A DNA stretch of 18,406 bases from Candidatus Iainarchaeum sp. (GCA_937968065.1 CALBUD010000011.1:1-18406); one strand, 5' to 3'. Numbered from the stretch's first letter, positions 7,264 through 14,876 are shown. The notes: a model not told the origin generated them from the sequence alone. Numbers and translations: made by a program.

Positions 7264-7590
7264 ATGAATAAAATAAAAAAAAAATTAAATGTTATTAGAC
7301 CAACTTTAAGACATAAAAAAAAATATTTTTTAATAAGTTATTCATCAGATATTAATGAAGATAAAATACATTCTTTATTTATAAAAAACTATGAAAAAAC
7401 ATACGGTTTATTTTCTTTAATTGAATGTAATTTAACAGTTATAGAAAGTAATTTAAAAAATAAAACAATTATTATAAGAATTAATAAAGAGTATAATGAG
7501 CAATTTTTAAGTAGTTTGTTTTTTTTAAAGCAAAATTTGGGTTTAATTTTTGTTTTAAAGCAAGCGTCTACTTTAAAATCATTGAGATAA
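7264..7590 (+). CDS. rnp2: RNase P protein component 2 (Pop5 homologue)
   Basis: RPTLRHKKKYFLISY matches LPP(S/T)LR.K.RYL.FE, IIIRINKEYNEQFLSSLFFL matches giiRv.......l.aAL, and the C-terminal ASTLKSL matches vSGTIK. The size of about 108 aa and the conserved operon position also fit. Confidence 0.75.
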   Translation: MNKIKKKLNVIRPTLRHKKKYFLISYSSDINEDKIHSLFIKNYEKTYGLFSLIECNLTVIESNLKNKTIIIRINKEYNEQFLSSLFFLKQNLGLIFVLKQASTLKSLR

Positions 7591-7817
7591 TCTTTACTTT
7601 AAGATAATCATAATCTTTTTATATCTGTTGCTATATTATATATATTAGATAAAAGCACAGAAAAGAGGAAAAATACTATATTTAATAACCAATTATTAAA
7701 AATAGCTTATTTTATAAGTTCTTTTAAAACTTATTTAACATAGGTAAGTTATTTTTAAAATTAAATTTAAAAATTATGTAAATATATCTAATAAAAATAA
7801 AAAAGGTGAGATAAAAT

Positions 7818-8540
7818 ATGTTTCCAATTTCTAATAATAATGCAATGGCACAAGCTTATGATAGGTCAATAACTGTTTTTAGTCCAGAAGGACATTTATA
7901 TCAAGTTGACTATGCTTCTAAAATAATTGAAAAAGGAAGTCCAGCAGTTTCTATAATATATAAAGATGGAATTATTTTAGTTGCAGATAAAAAAATATTT
8001 TCACCTTTAATAATTCCAGAATCTGTTGAAAAAGTATTTAAAGTCGATAAACATGTTTGGATAGCATGCTCTGGTCTTATAGGAGATGGAAGAAGACTTG
8101 TAGATTATGGAAGACAAATAGCTCAAGAAAATAAAATTTATTATGATGATCCAATAGAGATTGATACTTTAGTTAAAAAAATAGGAAATGTTGTTCAATA
8201 TTTTACACAATATGGTGGAGCAAGACCATTTGGTGTTTCTTTAATAATTTCAGGAATTGATTCTTTAGGAAAACACATTTATGAAATCGAACCAAGTGGA
8301 GCAACAACAGCTTATAAAGCTGTTGCAATAGGACAAAATAAACAAAAGTTAATGAGTCATCTTGAAAAACATTATAAAGAAAATTTAAGTTTTGAAGATG
8401 CTTTAAAATTGGCATTAAAAACTTTAACTTTAAATCTTGAAGCAAAACAAAAATTGGAAGTAAACAACATAGAAGTTTTAAATATTACAGAAAAAAATGA
8501 TGCAATAGTTTCTATTGATAAATTTTCAAAATATTTATAA
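7818..8540 (+). CDS. psmA: Proteasome subunit alpha
   Basis: YDRSITVFSPEGHLYQVDYA is the proteasome alpha signature. The fold is Ntn-hydrolase-like. A GGTGA SD lies at 7805-7809. Confidence 0.95.
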   Translation: MFPISNNNAMAQAYDRSITVFSPEGHLYQVDYASKIIEKGSPAVSIIYKDGIILVADKKIFSPLIIPESVEKVFKVDKHVWIACSGLIGDGRRLVDYGRQIAQENKIYYDDPIEIDTLVKKIGNVVQYFTQYGGARPFGVSLIISGIDSLGKHIYEIEPSGATTAYKAVAIGQNKQKLMSHLEKHYKENLSFEDALKLALKTLTLNLEAKQKLEVNNIEVLNITEKNDAIVSIDKFSKYL

Positions 8541-8555
8541 AAATGTGATTAATGA

Positions 8556-9260
8556 ATGGTTAAGTTAGATGATTGTGTTTTAGCAAAATTAAAAAGAAAA
8601 GAACATAATTTTGAAATTTATGTTGATCCTTACATGGCATGGGATTTTAAACATGGAAAAGAAATTAATAATTTTGAAGACATGATAGGTTATGATGAAG
8701 TTTATTCTGATGCAAACAAAGGAGATTTAGCTTCAAAAACTGTTCTTTTAGAAGTTTTTGAAACAGAAGACTTTCAAACAATTGCAAAAGAAATTTTAAA
8801 ACACGGAGAAGTTCAATTAACAACCGCACAAAAACAAGAAATGACTCAAAAAAGAGAAAGAGAAATTATTACCTACATTACAAAAAATGCACACGATCCA
8901 AAAAATAAAACACCTATCCCAGAACAAAGAATATTAAATGCTTTTGAAGAGCTAAAAATAAAAGTAAACTTAAATAAACAGAGAGATAAAGAAATTTCAG
9001 AAATTGTTGATCAATTAAAAAGAATAATGCCAATTTCTTTTGAAAAAATAATTGTTGTTGCAGAAATTCCTGCAAACTATGCAGGAAAAGTATCTTCAGT
9101 AATTTACAAATATGAACTTCTTGATCAAAAATGGCTTTCAAATGGATCTTTAGTTGTTAAAGTTTTAATTCCTGCTGGAATTAAACAACAATTAGTTTCA
9201 GATCTTAATGTTGTAACCCATGGAAATTTAGTTATTAAAGTTGAAGATGAAAAAAATTAA
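8556..9260 (+). CDS. SBDS-family ribosome maturation protein (Sdo1 homologue)
   Basis: The N-terminal FYSH domain pattern is present (LAKLKRKEHNFEIYVDPYMAWDFKHGKE). The length of 234 aa and the conserved position between psmA and rrp4 both fit. A GTGAT SD lies at 8545-8549. Confidence 0.9.
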   Translation: MVKLDDCVLAKLKRKEHNFEIYVDPYMAWDFKHGKEINNFEDMIGYDEVYSDANKGDLASKTVLLEVFETEDFQTIAKEILKHGEVQLTTAQKQEMTQKREREIITYITKNAHDPKNKTPIPEQRILNAFEELKIKVNLNKQRDKEISEIVDQLKRIMPISFEKIIVVAEIPANYAGKVSSVIYKYELLDQKWLSNGSLVVKVLIPAGIKQQLVSDLNVVTHGNLVIKVEDEKN

Positions 9261-9272
9261 AAGTGATAACAT

Positions 9273-9893
9273 ATGAGTGATAAAAAAATAGTAATTCCTG
9301 GAGAATTAATAACAGATCAATTAAAAAAATTAGGTTCTAATGTTTATTTAGAAAATAATAAAATCTATAGTTCTGTTATTGGACTTCTTTCAGATTCAAG
9401 TAATATAGTTTCAGTAATTCCTTTAAATGGCCCTTACACACCTTTAGAAGGAGATGGAATTATTGCTGTTGTTAAAGATGAAGTTTTAAATGGTTATATC
9501 TTAGAATATAATTCTTTTGATGATTGTTTTTTAACAAAATCATCAATTAATAAAGAACTTGCAATTGGTACTGTTATTTTTTTAAGAATAAAAAAAATAA
9601 CTGACAATGGTTCTTTAGAGTTTGATAATATAAATATTTTGCCAAAAGCAAAAGTTTTTCAAACCTCTCCTGTAAAGATTCCAAGACTTATTGGAAAAAA
9701 CGAATCTATGTTAAATTTATTTAAAGAATATTTAGGTGGAAACATAGTTATAGGAAAAAATGGTTGGGTTTGGTATAATAGTGTAAATATCTTTCTTGCA
9801 GAAAGAGCTTTTTCATTAGTTGTAAAAAATTCACAAAAATCAAATTTAACAAATAGTGTAAAAGAATTTTTTGAAAAAAATAAAACAAAGTGA
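9273..9893 (+). CDS. rrp4: Exosome complex RNA-binding subunit Rrp4 (S1 + KH)
   Basis: VIPGELI, PLNGPYTPLEGDGIIAVV (S1 domain) and VKIPRLIGKNESMLNLFKEYLGGNIVIGKNGWVW (KH with GxxG) are present. An AGTGAT SD precedes the start. Confidence 0.9.
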   Translation: MSDKKIVIPGELITDQLKKLGSNVYLENNKIYSSVIGLLSDSSNIVSVIPLNGPYTPLEGDGIIAVVKDEVLNGYILEYNSFDDCFLTKSSINKELAIGTVIFLRIKKITDNGSLEFDNINILPKAKVFQTSPVKIPRLIGKNESMLNLFKEYLGGNIVIGKNGWVWYNSVNIFLAERAFSLVVKNSQKSNLTNSVKEFFEKNKTK

Positions 9894-9899
9894 TAAATT

Positions 9900-10604
9900 A
9901 TGAGTAAAAGACTAGATGGTAGAAAAAACGATGAATTAAGACCAATTAACATAAAATTAGGTGTTGTAAAAAGTGCAGCTGGTTCATGTTATCTTGAATG
10001 GGGAAAAAATACAGTTGTTGCAACTGTTCACGGTCCAAGACCAATTTTTCCAAAACATCTTTCAGATTCAACAAAAGCTGTTATTGATTATAGATATAGA
10101 ATGGCTCCTTTTTCAGTTTCTGAAAGAAAATCTCCAGTTCCAGGAAAAAGAGATAAAGAAATATCTTTAGTTTCTGGTTTTGCTTTAGAATCTGCAATCA
10201 TGACTGAAAAATTTCCAAATACAGTTATTGATATTAATGCATTAATTCTTTCTTCAAATGCTGGTACAAGAGTTGCAGCATTAACAGCAGCATCTCTTGC
10301 ATGTGTTGATGCAGGACTTCCAATGAGAGGAATTTTAACAGCTGTTTCTGTTGGAAGAGCAAATGGTGAATTTCTTTCTGATCTAACAAAAGAAGAAGAA
10401 GATGCAGAAGATGCAGTTGATACTGCAATTGCTGTTTTAATGCCACAAAAAGAAATAACCCTTCTTCAAATGGATGGATTTGTAAATAAAGAAGATTGGA
10501 AAAAAATAATTTCAATGGGTTTTATTGGAGTTGATAAAGTTTATGAACTTCAAAAAAAAGCTCTTCTTGAAAAATACCCTGTAAATGGTGATATTAATGA
10601 GTGA
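9900..10604 (+). CDS. rrp41: Exosome complex exonuclease Rrp41 (RNase PH family)
   Basis: RLDGRKNDELRPINIKLGVVKSAAGSCYLEWGKNTVVATVHGP is the canonical RNase PH/Rrp41 N-terminus. An AGTGAT SD precedes the start. Confidence 0.95.
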   Translation: MSKRLDGRKNDELRPINIKLGVVKSAAGSCYLEWGKNTVVATVHGPRPIFPKHLSDSTKAVIDYRYRMAPFSVSERKSPVPGKRDKEISLVSGFALESAIMTEKFPNTVIDINALILSSNAGTRVAALTAASLACVDAGLPMRGILTAVSVGRANGEFLSDLTKEEEDAEDAVDTAIAVLMPQKEITLLQMDGFVNKEDWKKIISMGFIGVDKVYELQKKALLEKYPVNGDINE

Positions 10605-11391
10605 TATATTAAGTTTAATAAATGCAAATAGTGTAAAACAAACAATAAAGCAAGGAAAAAGACAAGATAATAGAGCTTTTGATCAAATTAGAGATTTAGA
10701 AATAAAAACTTCTGTTCTTTCTTCAGCAGATGGTTCTGCTTGGGTAAAGTTAGGAAACACAGAAGTTGTTGCAGGTATAAAATTTGCAATTGGAACTCCA
10801 TACCCTGATTCTCCTGATGAAGGAAGTATGAGTCTAAATTTAGAACTTACAGGAATTTCATCTCCTGATTTTTCAACAGGTCCTCCACAAATAGATGCTT
10901 TAGAATATGGAAGAGTTGCTGATAGGGCTATAAGATCTGCAAAATGTATTGATTTTAAAAAACTTGCAATAGTTCCAGGTGAAAAAGTTTTAATTCTTTT
11001 TATTGATTGTGTTGCAATTAATGCTGATGGAAATTTAATTGATGCTACAGAACTTGCAGCTCTTGCTGCAATTAAAAATGCAAAAATTCCAAAGCTTAAT
11101 GAAAATAATGAACTAATTTCAAAAGAATATAGTGATAATAAAATTGAACTTTTAAATATTCCTATAAGTTTTACTTTTGAAAAAATAGAAGACAAAATAA
11201 TTATAGATCCTACTGAAAATGAAGAATATGCCTCTGATGCAAGATTTAGTATAGGTCTTGTAAATGACACTATTGTTTCTTGTCAAAAAAGCAAAGGCGG
11301 AGTTTTTTCAGAAGATGAAATATTTACTATGATTGATCTTTCAGTCAAAAAATATAAAGAGTTTTCTAAAAAAATAGAAAATATAGATTAA
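10597..11391 (+). CDS. rrp42: Exosome complex subunit Rrp42 (RNase PH-like)
   Basis: GKRQDNRAFDQIRDLEIKTSVLSSADGSAWVKLGNTEVVAGIK is the RNase PH-like pattern. The ORF track starts at 10585, but that ATG lies inside the GGTGAT SD (10587-10592). The ATG at 10597 sits 4 nt after the SD and gives an ATGAGTGA overlap with the rrp41 stop. Confidence 0.9.
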   Translation: MSDILSLINANSVKQTIKQGKRQDNRAFDQIRDLEIKTSVLSSADGSAWVKLGNTEVVAGIKFAIGTPYPDSPDEGSMSLNLELTGISSPDFSTGPPQIDALEYGRVADRAIRSAKCIDFKKLAIVPGEKVLILFIDCVAINADGNLIDATELAALAAIKNAKIPKLNENNELISKEYSDNKIELLNIPISFTFEKIEDKIIIDPTENEEYASDARFSIGLVNDTIVSCQKSKGGVFSEDEIFTMIDLSVKKYKEFSKKIENID

Positions 11392-11406
11392 AAAAAGTGA
11401 TATGAA

Positions 11407-11631
11407 ATGGCTACAAAAAAAGTTAAAGAAACAGGAAAATATGGTGTTAGAGGTGGAAGAGGTATTAGACAAAAATATCTTCTTGCAACTAAAACTGATA
11501 AAGCATCATATGTTTGTCCAAATTGTGGATATAAAGGAAGAATTAGTAGAGAGGCTGCTGGTATTTTTAAATGTTTTAAATGTAAAACAAATATTGCTGG
11601 AGCTGCATATAGACTTTCTTCAAAAGAATAA
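11407..11631 (+). CDS. rpl37ae: Large-subunit ribosomal protein L37Ae (eL43)
   Basis: GKYGVRGGRGIRQK...YVCPNCGYKGRISREAAGIFKCFKCKTNIAGAAY is the typical eL43 C4 zinc ribbon. A GTGAT SD at 11397-11401 lies 5 nt upstream. Confidence 0.95.
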   Translation: MATKKVKETGKYGVRGGRGIRQKYLLATKTDKASYVCPNCGYKGRISREAAGIFKCFKCKTNIAGAAYRLSSKE

Positions 11632-11646
11632 ATTAGGTGAAATAAT

Positions 11647-11775
11647 ATGTATTATTGTGGAAGATGTAAATCTGAATATGACTCAATTCCTGAAAATGAT
11701 AAATGTGGAAATTGCGGGTCAAGAATATTTTATAAAAAAAGAGAACCGGTTTTAAAGAAAGTTAAAGCTTATTAG
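11647..11775 (+). CDS. rpoP: DNA-directed RNA polymerase subunit P (Rpo12/RPABC4)
   Basis: This gene is not in the ORF track. My own translation is MYYCGRCKSEYDSIPENDKCGNCGSRIFYKKREPVLKKVKAY. It shows the CxxC...CxxCG.RI.YK.R zinc ribbon with the VKA tail typical of RpoP. A GGTGA SD lies upstream, and the gene sits in the conserved position after rpl37ae. Confidence 0.85.
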   Translation: MYYCGRCKSEYDSIPENDKCGNCGSRIFYKKREPVLKKVKAY

Positions 11776-11777
11776 GT

Positions 11778-12251
11778 ATGTTTATAACAACGTCAAGAAA
11801 ATCAAATCTTTTATCTAAAAGATTTTCAAAATACTTATCAATATTTCTTCCAGACATAAGTTATATTCCAAGAGGTAAGACTAATCTTAAAAAATTATTT
11901 GAAAAAGCAATATATCTTGGACATAAATATTTTCTTGAAATCTCAAATGATAAGGGACAAACAATTTTATCCATTTTTTCTTTTAAGGAGTCTTCTTTTT
12001 TTCTTGAAAGAGAATATATTTTAGATGTTCTTGAGATAAGATCTTTAAAGCCTTTAAAGAAAATAATCTTAATCAACAACAAAGTTTATGATTTAAAAAA
12101 AGTTTTTTATTTTTTAAAAAAAGATAACATTTCTTTAAAAAAAGAATATGGTCTTTTTGAAATTGAAGAGAATATCTTTGAATTTTTAGAAAATAAACAA
12201 TCTTTAGGTTTTAAATTTAAAATTATAAGTGTGAAAAAATTTGATAACTGA
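11778..12251 (+). CDS. Brix-domain (Imp4-like) ribosome biogenesis protein
   Basis: MFITTSRKSNLLSKRFSKYLSIFLPDISYIPRGKTNLKKL matches the archaeal Brix N-terminus (iiTTSRkps.rtr.f..dL....p.s.y..RGK). The superoperon position is conserved. Confidence 0.85.
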   Translation: MFITTSRKSNLLSKRFSKYLSIFLPDISYIPRGKTNLKKLFEKAIYLGHKYFLEISNDKGQTILSIFSFKESSFFLEREYILDVLEIRSLKPLKKIILINNKVYDLKKVFYFLKKDNISLKKEYGLFEIEENIFEFLENKQSLGFKFKIISVKKFDN

Positions 12252-12486
12252 TATTTTATCTGCAAAAATAGAAATTAATACCAAAGATCCAGAAAATTTA
12301 AAAAAACTTTTAGATCTTGAAACTGATAGAAAAAAATATAATAGGTCTGATTCAAAGATATATATAAAAAACAAAATATTAATTATAGAAATTTATGCAA
12401 AAGATTTAATTGCTTTTAAAGCAACAATTAACAATTATATAAATCTTTTAGAATTAATTTCTAAAGTTTATGAGGTGAAACTATGA
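12241..12486 (+). CDS. pcc1: KEOPS complex subunit Pcc1
   Basis: The size is about 81 aa. IEIYAKDLIAFKATINNYINLL matches the Pcc1 pattern (i.i.A.D..aLRA..Ns.lr.i). It has a TTG start, an 11-nt overlap with the Brix gene and an ATGA overlap with pfdB. Confidence 0.7.
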   Translation: MITDILSAKIEINTKDPENLKKLLDLETDRKKYNRSDSKIYIKNKILIIEIYAKDLIAFKATINNYINLLELISKVYEVKL

Positions 12487-12833
12487 ATGAAAAAAATAAA
12501 AATATGACAAATGCATATAGACAACAACTTATGTTTTTATCACAACAAAAACAACAATTACAACTTCAAATAAATATCTTAGAGAATACTTTAAAAGAAC
12601 TTGAAGCAACAAAAGAAACTAAAGTATATAAAGGTATAGGTAATGTTTTTATCCTTTCAGAAAAAGAAGATGTGATTAAACAAACAAAAGAAAATCAAGA
12701 AACTGTTTCTTTAAGACTTAAGACTGTTGAAAAACAAGAAGCAGATATTTTAAAAAAATTAAATGATCTTTTAAAAGAAGATAAGTCAACTTCTTCAAAA
12801 CCTGAAGAAAAAAATCCAGAAGGAATTGCTTAA
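12483..12833 (+). CDS. pfdB: Prefoldin subunit beta
   Basis: The coiled-coil / beta-hairpin / coiled-coil pattern is present: QQLMFLSQQKQQLQLQINILENTLKELEATKETKVYKGIGNVFILSEKEDVIKQ...LEKQE. A GAGGTGA SD precedes the start. Confidence 0.9.
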   Translation: MNEKNKNMTNAYRQQLMFLSQQKQQLQLQINILENTLKELEATKETKVYKGIGNVFILSEKEDVIKQTKENQETVSLRLKTVEKQEADILKKLNDLLKEDKSTSSKPEEKNPEGIA

Positions 12834-12843
12834 AAGCAAATCC

Positions 12844-12849
12844 TTTTTT
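12844..12849 (+). terminator. Oligo-T run after pfdB, within a weak AU hairpin (AATCCTTTT/AAAAGATT)
   Basis: tcctttttta lies 10 nt after the pfdB stop, at the end of the long polycistron. Confidence 0.35.
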
Positions 12850-12855
12850 AAAAGA

Positions 12856-13272
12856 TTATTTTAAATAAATAATCTTCTTTCCATCTTTTAATTTTCTTTT
12901 TTTAGATTTTTTAATAAGATAATGTATAGTGCTTTTTGGAACCTTTAATTTTTCTTCAAGTTCTCTATATGAAAAATCTCTATGCATCTCAATTATCTTT
13001 TTTAATTTTGTAGCTGGAATATCAATAGGTCTTCCTTGTTCATTCTTTATAACAAGGTTTATTTTTTTACTTTTAATAATTTTTTTTGTTTTATCTCCAA
13101 GTCTTTCTCTTGTTGACTTTGATAAAGTAATTGTTTTTAATCTCTTATGTTTAAGTAATATTTTTTGAATAGTTTTTATTGAAAACGCTTTTGTGATATG
13201 TAATTCTTCACAATTTTTTTCAATTTTTCCAACTCTCTTTGAGTCGTTTAAAGAATCTTTAACTACCATGTC
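12856..13272 (-). CDS. Small basic protein with a C-terminal Hin/resolvase-type helix-turn-helix (putative DNA-binding regulator)
   Basis: GRPIDIPATKLKKIIEMHRDFSYRELEEKLKVPKSTIHYLIKK resembles the HTH_7 pattern (GRP...........G.s.reiA..l.vs.sTvyRyl). The ORF is open to 13320. However, a TATA-like tttataaata lies directly upstream of that first ATG, and a GGGAG SD lies 9 nt before the second ATG (13272), so the shorter form is preferred. Confidence 0.6.
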   Translation of the reverse strand, partial: DMVVKDSLNDSKRVGKIEKNCEELHITKAFSIKTIQKILLKHKRLKTITLSKSTRERLGDKTKKIIKSKKINLVIKNEQGRPIDIPATKLKKIIEMHRDFSYRELEEKLKVPKSTIHYLIKKSKKRKLKDGKKIIYLK

Positions 13273-13385
13273 TTTTTTCTCCCTTTTTATTAAACAAAAT
13301 TTGTCCAATATTATTAACAATATAACTATTTATAAATATATTTGTTTTAAAAAGCTTTTCTTCTTAATATATATTGTGAAAATAT

Positions 13386-13955
13386 ATGATTATTTTAGTT
13401 TGTGGATATTCTGCTTCAGGTAAAAGTTTTGTTTCAAAATATTTGTCAAAAAAATTAAATTATAAAGTTATATATACCTCTGATGTTTTAAATCAATTTA
13501 TAATTAATGAAAATAAAATATCTACAAAAACAAAAATGAATAAAGGATGGTATGAAAGATCAAATCTTATGGAAATTAGAAAAAATAATTTTTCTTTTGA
13601 TAAAAAACTAGATAAATATCTTATCTCTTTAATTAAAGAAAAAGAAAATCTTATTTTTGATTCATCAACACTTCCTTATCTTTTAAAAAAGAAAAAAGGA
13701 GTTATAAGAATTTGGCTAAAAGCAACCTATAAAGTGAGAGCAGAAAGAATGTCTTTAAGAAATAAAATTTCTATAAAAGATGCTTTAAGAATACTTAAAA
13801 AAAAAGATGATTATAACAGAAACTATTATAAAAAACTATATGGTTTTACTTTAGGAAAAGATCTTTCTATTTTTGATTTTGTTTTAGATACAACTAACTT
13901 AACAATTAATGAAGTTTTTAAAGAATGTTTGTCTTTTGTAAAAAATAAACTTTAA
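13386..13955 (+). CDS. cmk: Cytidylate kinase, archaeal type
   Basis: A P-loop is present (CGYSASGKS). IRIWLKATYKVRAERMSLRNKISIKDALRILKKKDDYNRNYYKKLYGFTLGKDLSIFDFVLDTTNLTINEV matches the archaeal CMP kinase C-terminus (iwLkA...vRAeRi..R.g.s...a...i..Rd..e..RY...YgiD..D.siYDLviDTs). Confidence 0.8.
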   Translation: MIILVCGYSASGKSFVSKYLSKKLNYKVIYTSDVLNQFIINENKISTKTKMNKGWYERSNLMEIRKNNFSFDKKLDKYLISLIKEKENLIFDSSTLPYLLKKKKGVIRIWLKATYKVRAERMSLRNKISIKDALRILKKKDDYNRNYYKKLYGFTLGKDLSIFDFVLDTTNLTINEVFKECLSFVKNKL

Positions 13956-14876
13956 GTGATATATTATATGTTATATTCGTATGCTTTTGATGAAAAAATA
14001 AAAGAACCTTTTGCAAAATATATTGGTAAAACAATATTATTTAAGATACCTTCAAAAGATTCTGAATTTTTTAAAGAAAATGTAATTTCTTATTTTGATG
14101 TTATTTTTAAAAAATTATCAAAGCAACCAGATTTTAATAATTTTCCAAGAGTTAACTATAGTGCTTTAATCAAAACAACTCTTTCTTTTTCTCCAGAATT
14201 TATATCAAGACTAAAATCTGAAGCCTCTTTTCTTTCTCCAAACCAAACAGAACTTTTTTTAGAATATAATAGATATAATCATTTGTTTGGTAAAAAATAT
14301 AATCCTTTATTTGATATTTTAAGAATTAAAAAAGGAATTTTAACAAATAAAATTATTTCTTCAGATTATAAACAAGCATGTATGGAAAGTTATCATGGTT
14401 TTATAAGAGTTTTAGAAACAAAAACTGCAAGATTTATAAAATTAAAGGTAAATGGTAAAGAAAAAGTTTTTTTAGTTAAAAACTTTTCAGGATACCCTGA
14501 GAAAGGCATAAGAGAAGGAGTTTATACAGTTGCTTTAGATTTAAAAAATTTTAATCTTTATGCTTTTAAAAACAGAAGTCAAACAGGTAAAATAAATCTT
14601 CCAGAAGGAAAAAGACTTGGTGCTAATAAACATCTGTTAGATAATTTTACTGATTTTGAATTTTCAAAAAAAATACACACTAATCCAACTTCAAGTGCTT
14701 ATGCAAAAGAGATAACGAATGATATTATTAATCAAGTTTTAAAAATAAAATCTCTTTTAAAAAAATATACTCCTTCAAAATCAAAACCAAGAATCTCTTC
14801 TTTTAAAAAAGATGCAAAAAAAATGTTAAAAGATAAAAAAACAAGAGAGATAATAAAAAAAAGATTTAGAAAATAA
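13956..14876 (+). CDS. Hypothetical protein with a lysine-rich C-terminal tail (no family recognised)
   Basis: This is a long uninterrupted ORF in the coding strand context. The track start is GTG 13956, directly after the cmk stop. That GTG is part of a GTGAT SD-like motif (13956-13960), and an ATG follows 7 nt later at 13968, which is the more likely start. Confidence 0.55.
   Translation: MIYYMLYSYAFDEKIKEPFAKYIGKTILFKIPSKDSEFFKENVISYFDVIFKKLSKQPDFNNFPRVNYSALIKTTLSFSPEFISRLKSEASFLSPNQTELFLEYNRYNHLFGKKYNPLFDILRIKKGILTNKIISSDYKQACMESYHGFIRVLETKTARFIKLKVNGKEKVFLVKNFSGYPEKGIREGVYTVALDLKNFNLYAFKNRSQTGKINLPEGKRLGANKHLLDNFTDFEFSKKIHTNPTSSAYAKEITNDIINQVLKIKSLLKKYTPSKSKPRISSFKKDAKKMLKDKKTREIIKKRFRK

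Noticed and set aside
7591-7817. C/D-box sRNA or replication origin in the long AT-rich spacer
   Set aside because: There is no RUGAUGA/CUGA box pair on either strand. There are no ORB-like inverted repeats and no adjacent cdc6/orc1. The repeats present are short and AU-only, which is expected by chance at this composition.
8203-10515. Several 63-97-aa ORFs (8203-8445-, 8914-9141-, 9659-9952-, 9973-10170+, 10234-10515-), and likewise 6494-6685-, 11861-12082-, 12929-13168+ and 13193-13423+
   Set aside because: All lie inside or antisense to genes with clear homology. All have Leu/Phe/Gln-rich low-complexity translations and lack SD motifs.
10683-11270. 195-aa ORF antisense to rrp42
   Set aside because: The plus-strand frame has unambiguous RNase PH-like homology. 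The antisense product is low-complexity (S/I/F-rich) with no motif or SD. It is a shadow ORF, typical of conserved genes in AT-rich genomes.
11402-11755. 117-aa plus-strand ORF spanning rpl37ae and rpoP in another frame
   Set aside because: It overlaps two well-supported zinc-ribbon genes that each have their own SD. Its translation has no recognisable features, and its ATG lies between the SD and the true rpl37ae start.
12856-13320. A mobile element or integrated recombinase remnant, suggested by the resolvase-type HTH
   Set aside because: There is no catalytic serine-recombinase domain, no flanking inverted or direct repeats, no tRNA-adjacent attachment-like duplication and no compositional shift. 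Only the HTH similarity exists.
13386-13955. The P-loop protein as a zeta-toxin/AAA-type kinase partnered with the divergent HTH gene
   Set aside because: The C-terminal two-thirds align well to the archaeal cytidylate kinase pattern (IWLKA..VRAERM...YG....D.S.FD.V.DT), so a housekeeping cmk is the better call.
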